Shown one piece after another: positions 13,601 to 25,600 of a stretch of DNA of 64,000 nt. A program made the translations under genes and the position numbers. The DNA is from Lytechinus pictus (lineage: Eukaryota): contig NC_087263.1 of the NCBI RefSeq assembly GCF_037042905.1, forward strand, positions 9,488,001 through 9,552,000, read 5' to 3'. The notes below the pieces were generated by a model, which was given only the letters and a program-made list of their open reading frames with translations, did no database searches and was not told where the DNA came from. Numbering within the stretch: position 1 is the stretch's first letter; each line of letters begins with the position of its first letter.

Positions 13601-16600
13601 CATTTCAGGATTGGTTTCAAGGCTTCTCACAAGATTCCGTGGGAGCATTTCCTGGAGAAGTTCCTGGATCCTCGGATAGAAGGGAACGGACAGACCATCC
13701 CGATCAAGTGGAACCACAGGTTAGTATCTTGAATTAATTTCATTTAATTTCTGCATTTCAAAAAATAACAATTTCCAATCTTTTTTTTCAATTCTTAGTT
13801 GAGATGTCAACAAACAAGATACCAAAAATAACAATGATCATACACAAATTGTATTTTAAAGACTTAGGCCTTTGTTCATTGATTTTCTCTTTCTTTTCTT
13901 TCAAACTATGATACGTTTAGACCTTTGTGCAAAACTGTTATAAGCATGTTTACTTTGTGACTATGTAAATAGGCTCAATCCTAACTATAATTGTGTTTAA
14001 CCCTTGCGCATTATTCTGTTGTAAAGATATTTTTTTTATTGTGCGAATAGCGTCAATCTAATTATGATTGGTTTAAACCTTTGTGCAAATTTCTGTTGTA
14101 AATATGTATTGTTTGTATGTATCGTTTCAATCTAAAATATCATTGGTTTAAATTGTGTGCAAATTTTCTGTTGTGAACATGTATTTTAATTGTGTGGATA
14201 GTTTCACTCTGAATTATCATTGGTTTAAACTTTTGTGCAAACATTCTGTTGTAAGCAAATATTTTTGTGCAAACGTTCTGTTGTAAACATACATTTTTAT
14301 AGTGTGAATAGGGTCAGTCTTAGTTATGATTTATTCAAACTTCCAATCAAAACTCTTATATGTATTTTTTTGTTGTGTGAATAGGGTCAACCCCATACGA
14401 GAAGGGGATGGGGAGATGGACGCTGCTGAGATCTTATCTTTGCTTCATAAGCATGTCACCAACATGTATCCATCCATCAAAGAAGCTTTCTTGGCATTTG
14501 ATCAGGTGAGTCAATCTTATTCCCTGATTTCACTCCTCAAATTGGCAACAACATTAATTTTCTATTAATTTTCTTAGTTTGAAAAAAGGTAATATGGATA
14601 TTATGTTGGTAAAATTGTATGATAGTAGCATGATTTCAACGTAGCATTGATAATTTAATAATAATAATAATAGTATAGGGTATTTATACTGCGCACATAT
14701 CCACCTTGTTAGGTGCTCAAGGTGCTCCTATATTACCCGGCTAAGTTACAATGTAGGCGTTCACAGCTTCTTGAGGAATTACTTCCTACTGGTACCAATT
14801 TACCTCACCTGGGTTGAGTGCAGCACATTGTGGATCAGTTTCTTGCAGAAGGAAATTACGCCATGGCTGGGATTCGAACCCACGACCCTCTGTTTCAAAG
14901 TCCGGAGACTAATCCACTGGGCCACAACGGTTACATTTGTATCTGATTATGTTCTCATTATGTTGTCTGTTTAGAGTGTATAATGATTACATGTAGCTTA
15001 ATTTAAAATGCATTTATTCAGAAAAAGCACCACACCCTCTCTATTCCATTACCCATTACTCACTTCCTATACCCTTGCCATTATCCATTATCATTGTCCA
15101 TTGCCATCAACACATTACCCATTACCTACTTACTATACCATTTACATTACCTACTACCTCCACCCAGTATCATTACCATTGCCATCAACCCATTACTTCT
15201 CATACCATTGATATTACTGCCTTTAACACATTACCTATTATCCCTGCCCATTATTATTATCCATTTGCGATCAACCCATTACCAATTACCTACTGCCCAT
15301 TATCTTTTATCCATTACCATCAGCTCAGTACCCATTACTCACTTCCTATACCATTGTCATTATCCATTATCATTGTCCATTACCATCAACACATTACCCA
15401 TTACCTACTTTCTATACCATTTACATTACCCATTACCTCCACCCATTATCATCATCCATCACCATTGACCCATTAGCCACTACTCACTTCCCATACCCTT
15501 GACATACCCATTACTGTCACCCATTAATTACTAATTTCAAATAACCATTACCGATTACCACTTCCCATTATCATCCAATACCATTGACCAATAGCATACT
15601 CTTCCAAGAATACATATTCAGTACTATTTGTCTCCTTTCGTAGAATCGTGATGGAAAGGTGACGAGAAAAGAACTACGTAAGATCATGGACAAGTTCACT
15701 ATACGACTCACCGATGCCCAATTTAAGGTCATCGTAGAGAAGCTTGACCCAGAGAAAAACAATGCCATCGACTATCATGACTTCTTGGGACTCTTTGAAG
15801 TCAGAGAAACAGAGGTAAGCTATCATCAGTGATATGACTCGTAATCCAATCTTTTTATATGAATTCCTTGATTGTATTTTGTCCTTGAATGCATATGTCA
15901 TTGAAAATATTTTGTCTTTGGGTAAAATACCATAATCCCCTTGCTTAAGTTTGATGCATTATTGTCCATACTTTATGTCTCACATTTCATAGAGAAAATG
16001 TTAAACCTTGAAATCATTCAACGGGCTAAAAATTTGGGAAATTTAATAATTGCTTAATGATCAAGAGAAATCTGCCATTTACAACTTTTCATCTTGCATA
16101 AATAGTGAAGTTATACCTAATGGTTATTGAAGCAGTTTATCACAGTTTTGTTATTGTCTACATTGAAGATAGAGTTTAATTTTAGTTCCAACAATTCCTC
16201 TCCCAAAACAGTTAACGAATGTTAATCATTGTATTCACGCTAATGTGATTATCGTATGCTAATCTCAGACCATGAATGTGATATACCTGGAGTTATAATT
16301 CTTATGCAATTTGAATAACTCTATCACAGAATTGTGATATCCCAAAGGGATTTGTGTACATAAGAATGGCATATGTCACTGATGCTAATGGAAATGCTTT
16401 TCAATTTTTAGGAGGGTCACAAGTGGCTGAACTCTGAGCACAGATGGAATGACGTCGCGCCCGCCAACCTCGCCTGGGAGACCATTGAAGAGATCCTGCG
16501 GGAGAAAATCGAGGAGCACTGGAAATCGATCAGCGCCCTCTATAAACAGGCCGACCCAGCTGGCACCGGAGCCATCTCCTTGCCCCAGCTCAGGAAAATC

Positions 16601-19600
16601 CTCAGCAAATGTGTGCTACCGGTCGCAGAAGATCACTTAGAAGAGTAAGTGAACTCTGTATTTATAAATGCGTTTATGATAATAGTAAGCATGGGTTTTT
16701 AATCATCGCTTATGTAGAGCTGCCAACCAGTACGTTTTTGGCGTATTTAGTACGTTTTTGCAACCAAAATATGACAGTACATTTTTTCTTTAAAAAATAT
16801 GATTTTGTAAAAAAAAAAAATGGAATTTATTGAGAAAAATCATCTCTATATTTCTCTATTTCATAAAACTCTCAAAAATATGGTTACTGGATCAATGTAA
16901 TTTTAGGGTTTTTTTTCAATCATTTTGTTAAAACCAGGATGAGATATACACATGTTTCAATGTTGTTTTTTTCATCTGCAAGAGCAATGTGCATTTTAGC
17001 TGGCAAGCAGCTTGAGTGCACGCGCCACACATTTTATTATGAAATACATTTTTTGGGGGAAAAATACAGTTTTTTTATCACAGAATACAATTTTTCATTC
17101 CCAGAGGTTGGCAGGTCTGCTTATGTCAGTCAGAAATATATATGACACTGGTTGTGCTCTGTAATTAAGAACCAGTTTGTAGATTACTCTCAGCATGTGT
17201 CCATGAATCATTATGCCCAGTGGATTAGTCTCCAGACTTTGAAACAGAGGGTCGTGGGTTCGAATCCCAGCCATGGCGTAATTTTCCTTCAGCAAGTAAT
17301 TGATCCACAATGAGCTGCACTCAACCCAGGTGAGGTAAATGGGTTTTGGCAGGAAGTAATACCTCAAAAAGCTGTGAGCACTGAAATCAGTTGCTGACTT
17401 AGCTGTGGTAATATAGAAGCAACTTGAGCGCCTAACAAGGTTGGTACGTGTGCTATACAAGCATCTTTATTGTTATTATTTGAACTAAAAGTGATGTAAG
17501 TATACTTACGATTAAATTTTTTACTAATTGATTACTATCTTAAGTGACGTAACAATGATTTTTTATCTCGTTCCTCTCTCCAGTATGTGGCTCCGATGTG
17601 AAGAAACAGAGGGCAAGATCATGTTTGGTGATTTCCTGCAGATGTTAAAGGTCGAAGTGTCACCCGGTGACCTGGTCGGCACCAGTACCCACATCCAAGT
17701 CTTGAGTGACCTCAACGAACAACAAAGACAAGTGGATGTAGATACAAGGTTAGATTTCTCTTTAGAATGATATTTGGTCCCTCTCATAAAAGGCTGATTG
17801 ATGTTTGTGATGAAGTAACTCCTGTAGGAACTTGGCAGCACAGTTTTCCGCTGCATTAATGCCAAGCTGGTATAACCAATTATATAAGAAAATTTTTACT
17901 TCAAGGTAAATCAGTCATAGTGCCTGATCTTATAGAAGACTGAAGTGACTGTCTGTTTGTTTTTTATTGATGATATATGGTGACAGCAAACCTTGATTTA
18001 AAAACTTTCTCATGATATCATTGCTTGCTACAACTGTGCTTATCTAGTTACCTTTAGACATTCATCCAGTCTCTAAACCATAGTTAAATTACATGTCTAG
18101 ATTGTACTAGATTCAGGCCAATGCCCTGAAACACACCACACTGATGAATGCCAATGAGGTCATTCTGAGACGAACATATAAATCTAATCTCTAATCCTTA
18201 TTTTTATTTACCTGTCTAGATTGCACCAGATTCAAGTGAACGCCCTGAACCGCACCACACTCATGAATGCTGATGAGGTCATACTAAAGCTGAAGGACCG
18301 TATGGCACAAAAATCCAGCAAACTTAGAGATAATTTCTTGAGATACTGCAAGGATCGACGGGGCAAGCTTTCCAAGAAAGAATTCAGACAGGTTAGTCTA
18401 CATTTTCTGTAATATGTTTGCCTTTCAGAGGCGAGGGTCGGGGGGGGGGGGTTGCTAAAAATGTCTACAAAACTACACATAACTCTACAACAGACTTGAT
18501 TTGCAGAGAAATGTGCCAAATTTTATGCTTTGATTTGTTTCTCTAATAATCTACTTCAAGTTTTGGTAAGTATGCCACTTCAATTGAAAAGTTTAAATAA
18601 TGACGTTGTTCTGTATCTGGATTTCTTTCCTGGAAAATTTACACCGTTGCCATGACTGTGCATTGAATATATCAATATCAACAATTGAAACATACTTGTA
18701 CAACCAATTCGCCGCAGAGAAATAAAATCACTTCTCTATCCATTAATTTTGTTGAAATATATTTTCAGGTTATTCAGAGTTTTGGAATGTACATGGACGA
18801 CGACCAGTTTGCCCTGCTCTGCAAACAGCTTGGCTTCGACCGGGGATCACTCACCTATACCGACTTTATAGACTCCTTTGAAGACATGAGGATCGGTGGA
18901 CCAGGCCAGGAGATCACCCGATCCCCTAACCATTGGTGGAAGAAGCTTGAAAGTCAACACATGTCTGCAAAGGAGATGCTCGCTAACCTTGGTGACAAGA
19001 TGAGGCAAGCCTTTGGGGTGAGTTGAGGATGAGGATTTTTTTTTGTCCTACTCTTAACCATTTACCCAACACACAGTAGACCAACATTCTGTGATCATGG
19101 TCGGGTGACACAAAGCTTAAAAATTGATTGCAGGGCTAAACTTAACAAGTGATTGCATGTATTGTTATGTGCCACTGGTCCTAGAAATCAGCCTCAAAAT
19201 TAATCACTGAGCTTCGTCCCGCATGGCTCTGAATGGGTACCTGATACAAAAGAAGTGTCAACAACGTGTCAACATTTTATATTTAGACAAAAAGAATAAT
19301 GTACTTCATCAATGGCCATGGATATAGGTAATATCTTTTTTCAATTAAAATTTAAATAGATGTTAACTATTTGGGGGGTAATTGATTTGCATCTTCCCAA
19401 TTCAGAGCTTACGATCAATGTTCTACAAATTTGATGATGACCATGATGGCATATAGTCTGCAAAAAGGAGTTTTAGCATCTCTTCTGGATTAAAAAAGAA
19501 GAAAAAATTATTTTCTTTTCTTTTTTGTGCATCTTCCTCATTCAGGACTTGCGATCAACGTTCTACAAATTGGACGATGACCATGATGGCATTGTTCGTC

Positions 19601-22600
19601 GACAAGATTTCCAGCGTCTCGTCGATCAGCTCATGTTCATCAGTACGGAAGATGAATTCATCAAACTTATGAGTGCCCTTGGCATCTCTAAGAAGACTAG
19701 ACTCAATTACCAGGAGTTTTTAGACTTGTTTGAAGTCCGTGATTCGCCGGAGGGTCACAAGTGGTTAGATTCTGATCATAGGTGAGTGTGAACACTTCCT
19801 CCTGTATTCTGAAATCAGGTTTAGTATAAATTCTGGGGCCCGTTGCATAAAAGTTTTTATCATGGTAACTTTGCCATCCAATGGTAACTACCATGGTAGT
19901 GCTGATCAACAGCCAATCAAAATCAAGGATTCCATGCAAGTAACCAATGGATGGCAAAGTTACCATAATGGTGTTACTTTTAGGCAACAGGCCCCTGGTC
20001 TTTGGTTGTGGATAAACTATGGAAAGCCACTTGTGACACAAATCTCTAACAATACAAGTTCAATGTTGTCAACATTTGGTGAACAATTAATTCATAACTG
20101 TCTGAAAAGAATTTACAATATAGTTTTCTTCACTTTTAAAGAGAATGAAACATGAGGAACAAGTGAGCTTGTGTTAAAGGAGAAAATCAAAAGCATAAGA
20201 TGAACAAAAGTTTGAGAGTTATCAGCATGAATGTCAACAACACTAATGCTATGGAGATCATTGCATTGGCAATACAAACAAGATCTGTGGTGGAAAGTTT
20301 TTCATTAATTTTTGCTTAGTATAATGGTTAAGTAGCCATAACCCGATCCAGCATCAGTGTTTTTCTGTGAAATATTGCTTGTTACAAGAAATCAGTTTGT
20401 AAAGTGCAAACACATTACAATTTTTTGTAGAATGGTGATGAAATGAATCTGCCCCTCTTTCCACAGGTGGAACACAACAATCGACCCTGCCCAGCTTGCC
20501 GCAGAACAAGTCCACGAGATCCTTGCTGCAAAAGCCCAGAGACAATATCATGACCTGGCCAAGGCGTTTAGGTCCATTGATAAGAACGGCAATGGCGTCA
20601 TCATCAAGAAAGAATTGAGAGATCTTCTGTATACCTTCATGTTACCGATGACCAAGGATGAATTTACAAAGCTCTGGGCCATGTGAGTATATTGAAAATT
20701 TCATTTATTAAAAAGGGAATTAATTTTGCATAGATGGTTTAATATGAAAAGGGGTCTCATACTTTGTAATATTTTGAAAGTATTTTCATTGTAAACATGT
20801 TACAATATGCAATTTATATCTTTAATACTATGATGTGAAAAAAATTATATTGCAGATATTAAATGAATCAACTGGACTCTGATGTAATGAGATTAATAAA
20901 ATTGTGAATGTTTAGACTCGTACCCCCCCAACATTTTTTTTTTTCAAGCAAATCAAATGCTTTAGAATAAGCAGGTCTTCAATAAGAACCCAGGAGTATT
21001 TCATGAAATATATATCCAGTGATTTTCATTGACATTCGTTATAAGCTACCAAAATCCTTCCATCTGATTGGCTGAAAGCAAATTGGTCAGTGAAAATGCT
21101 CCCTTAAAGTAAGCAAGTTATGAAGCCTTGGATTTGCACAAGCAGTTTTTTTAGTTCTGCGAATTAAAAGCACATTTAAATAAAGGTTCTTTTAATGGCA
21201 TTCCTTTTCATCAAGATACGACCCGAATGGCAAGGGTTACATCGACCATCAGCACTTCCTGAAGATGATGGGCAAGGAATTTGCTCCGGGAGACGACGGA
21301 GGTGTCAGCAAACGCATCACACAGGAATCCTCAGATACACTGGAGAGCCACCATCAAGCACAACTTGATAAACAGTGAGTGGGACTGAGGATTTTTCAAT
21401 AGTCAAGAAAAAAGATGAGACAGTACACCAGGAAACTGCCATTAGAGGCGTTCCACCTGTTAATCGCAAGAAAATAATGCTATTTTCAAAGTTACACATG
21501 ACTTCACAGTTGTCTTGAATATTAAATACCTAATGCGATACCAATTTTGTCTGTTTTATTAATGATCTTGGTTGTATTTTGTCAAACAAATTGTATTATT
21601 TTGAATTCAAATGCTTTCAAAAAGTATGATATGGGAATTGGGATTTTTCATCCCCTAGAATCAATATCACCATCAACCAAGCCTCAAAGGGAGCCTTCAT
21701 CTCGGTGGACAAGCTCCTGCAGGATCTCAAGGACAGGATGAGAGACAAGTACGGCACCTTCCAGGAGGCCTTCGCTCAGTTGGACAAGAGCAAGACCGGT
21801 CGGATCACCATCACGGAGCTCCAGGATGTCCTCCTCAGTCATAATTATCTGGTGGATGATGATACCTTGGAGAAGTTCTTGAAGAGGTGAGATAAGATGG
21901 AGATGATGATGATGATGATGATGGTGATGATGGTGATGATGATGAGGGTGATGGTGATGATGTTGATCATGGTGATGGTGATCGATGATGATGATGATGA
22001 CGATGATGGTGATGATGATGGTGATGATGATGAGGGTGATGGTGATGATGTTGATCATGGTGATGGTGATGATGTTGATCATGGTAATGGTGATCGATGA
22101 TGATGATGATGATGATGATGATGACGATGATGGTGATGATGATTATGATGATGATCCTGATGCTACTGCTGATGATGATTTGAAGTTAGATACATGTAAG
22201 TGTTGCTGCTTTAAAAAGACACCATCTTCATTAATGACAGTAATTAAAAAAAAAAACAATATCAACACCCTGAATAGGCAGAACTATTCTATATGGGCTT
22301 TCAGTATGTACTGCACACTGTCAACCCCAAATCTCCAACATTTAATCCTAAACCAAATGCATTTTCTTGTCAGGATCAGACTACCCACAAACAAGAGCAC
22401 CTTGAACTATGAGGAATTCCTGAAGGCATTTGATGAAGGACGAGAGGAGAGGTATCAGAAGAAGAACCTACCTGAGGTCCGTCCTGAGATGTTCTCCGGT
22501 CTTACCTCAGACAAGGCCCTGCGCAAGCTGAGGAAGCAAGTGCAGCAGAATGTCTCAACATTACAAGCTGTAAGTTCAATTATTCATTTCATTATTTCGA

Positions 22601-25600
22601 CAGTTGAGCTACTTGGTTCACATAATAAAGTACAGTTGCTTCAATGCAACGATGTTCTTTACAATTGTGTGATCGTGCAGTCGACGGGCAAGATTTGAAG
22701 AGGGGTCTAGCCCCCCCCCCTTCCCCATCCATCATCCATGTCATCAGCCTGAATAGCTCCCCTCATAAGGGCTAAAATATAATCTCTGCTAAATCTGGCG
22801 GTTAGAGGAACATAAGCTTATTAATTTAGTCCTTTGATAGTATTGTAGTTTCCAACTCATTATTCAGTGAAAACTGTGTATAAAGACCATCCAAATGGAG
22901 ACAAAAGGGTTCTTTATGAGCAGATAGTTTTTATGGACAGGTTTCTGTGTTACATGTTTCAATGGGGAAAATGATTAAAGAGAATCAAACTTGTGGTTTT
23001 TATACATAGGCGCCTAGCCCTCGGAAGCGGGGGTGCTGCATGTATTATTTTCCATAGGCAGCACCCCTAGAATTCTGGTAGGTGTTAAATAATGAAAAAA
23101 ATGGTTTGCTTGTCGAGTTTACATCAGCACCCCCACTAAAAAAGTCATTCCCATGGCTCTTCACAGGCGGCCCTTCTATACAGATGATCACTAAAGTAGG
23201 TTTGACTTTATGACATCATATCCATTTTATGTTGCTGGAAATTCTTTACAATAATAATAATAATAATAATGGTGGCTACTTAAATAGCGCACAGGTCCAC
23301 CTTTCGGTGCTCATGGCGCTTCAAGGAAAATAAACACAAAACACAACAACAATAGAAAACAAAAAAGAATAGAATTTGTTGAATTCTCCTGAATAAACAC
23401 AATATTAAACTGCTAATGGGAGATTAAATAAGTTTTCAACTGGGACTTGAATGCTTCTGTTGATGAAATTTGGCGTAATTGGATAGGCAGTTGATTCCAT
23501 GATTCCATAGCTTTTGTCCTATAACAGAGAATGCATGGTCCCCCCATTTGTGTTTTGTTCTGGGTGTCTGGAGCAATAGAGAATCAGATGCTTATTTTGA
23601 ACATTATTTTGCATTGCTTTATCTTTGACATGTTTAGGTTTTAATGCAGGTTTTAAAAGAAAGAGGGAAATAAAATTGAATGATTAATCTTTATCTTTCA
23701 GGCATTTGGTGCCTTTGACAAGGACAAGCGGGGTCGGTTGAGTCCCGGTGATTTCCGTCGAGTCCTGGACCACTTCTGCTTTAAGATGACAGACAAGCAG
23801 TTCAAGTCCCTGATGAGCAAGCTGCGGGTGAATTCTGACCTCACAATCAGCTACCCAGCATTCCTTGAAGAGTTCTCGGCCAATGAACAAGAGGTGAGTC
23901 ATCTATGAAGTTGTTACAATCACAGTCCTATTTTCTTTTTCTTTTTAATCAAGGCTGATACTTCAGAGACACAGCGACGCCACAGAAACTTTTCTCCCAT
24001 TGACTTTGTACGTGACTCAGGCTCCATATCCGTAGTGGAAATGTTCATACAGAATTGACAATTTTGAAATCCAAGGAAACCTTATCTTGTTTGTAATTGG
24101 CATATGTTATTTATCTTTAATCTTACAAAATTAACAATAAACTAAAACTTCTCCAATAATTCAGCTTGAACTGTGTAAATGGCATTGAGTAATATGCATG
24201 TGTCAATTTTGCGGTCTTGTTCATTATCTTATGTTTGCAAAGACCAATTAATATTGTATTTAAACTTGTAAGATAACCAAAAAATTAAACTTCTACAATG
24301 ATTCAAATGTATATGAAATGGGTACTTCCATAAAAAGGGTGCCAAGTCGTTACATATTTGGGGTCCTTATATAAGGAACTTCGAACTTCTTGTACATGCC
24401 ATCCAAACCATCATATGAGAAGAGTGAAGTCTCATTTAAGATACATTGAATGAACATGCATGGCATACTTATATAACATTGACTGGTCTTGAGGGGAACA
24501 TCAAATATATTGCCAGCAAAAGAATCATATTGGCCCGAGTCTGACGAGGGCAATATGGGTCTTTTAAGGGCAATATATTGGATGTTCCCCAAAAGAAGGG
24601 CAGTCAATATTTTTATTATCGTCCAAATCAGATATCTAGAGCAAAAATCATGATAACGGCGATATCTTTTAAGAATAGAGTTCTGTCGTGTCATGATAAT
24701 ATCAGTGTCTAGGCTCTGCACTTTACCATTATGACGTACTTGCAAGCGCCCAGATCCAGCGTTGTCTTTATTATGACGTAGATCGTTGGTGCGCGGAACA
24801 TTAGGAAGCGTATCACTTCATTCGCATCCTCAAAGGCCCGGATGTCAGACCAGGGAAAATACAAAGGTATATTTTGCGTCGTCTCTGCATGCAAAGTCAA
24901 TACGCGCATTGAGACCGAGGAAAATACAAACAATATACCTATCCCTTCCTGATAATAATGAAATACAGGGAAATACTGTTTTGTAAATGACCAGCTCAGA
25001 TGTCTGATATGGGTGATAATGTTCAATATTTAGTAGCCAACAAAGATCTAATAATTTTCACAACAGTTTTAATGGTCTCAATAGCTCACCATTAAAACTG
25101 TTGTGAAAATGATTAGCTCAAAATTCCTCATGCACGTGGGACACCAAAATGTAAGAAAATCAGCACCTATGATGGAATCACCCGAATGGCATTTATTTAT
25201 TATAGTTGTGTAGAGAGTTAATACAGTATTGAAGTAAACTAACAATCACCAATTCCAGAAGAGCCAAAGAAACATCCTGGATTGGACGTGAAACTGTTCT
25301 CTGCCGTCATGAAAGTAAATCGAGATGAATAGATTCATTTTTTTCTACCGTAATTTCCACCAATTCTGTCTTCTGTTTCAGCTTGCTCAGAACTGGATCG
25401 AGTCTGTCCAGAAGAGTGATGCGCAGAACAACAACCACCATTCGCCGACAATGGACGAAATCAAGCAAGACCTCAGGCAGCTGGTCAAGGCACGCTTCTA
25501 CCGCTTCGCCGAACGTTTCGCCGAGATCGACTACGCCAACATTGGCGTCGTCGCTCATGATGACTTCAATGCGATCCTCAATGAGCTTGCCTTTAGATTG

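Noticed and set aside
15040..15590. Interstitial telomeric repeat
   Set aside because: Units are CCATTA/CCATTAC-like, not (CCCTAA)n
17212..17280. tRNA gene (also 14860-14930, 11255-11325, 61865-61931)
   Set aside because: A/B boxes run into SINE bodies and tails; no clean cloverleaf with a following T-run terminator
21985..22698. 237-aa ORF as a separate gene
   Set aside because: Microsatellite and intron read-through in frame with exon 19; only 22374-22569 is coding
23610..23701. Fourth acceptor duplication before exon 20 (ctttatcttt)
   Set aside because: Only about 10 bp of low-complexity identity
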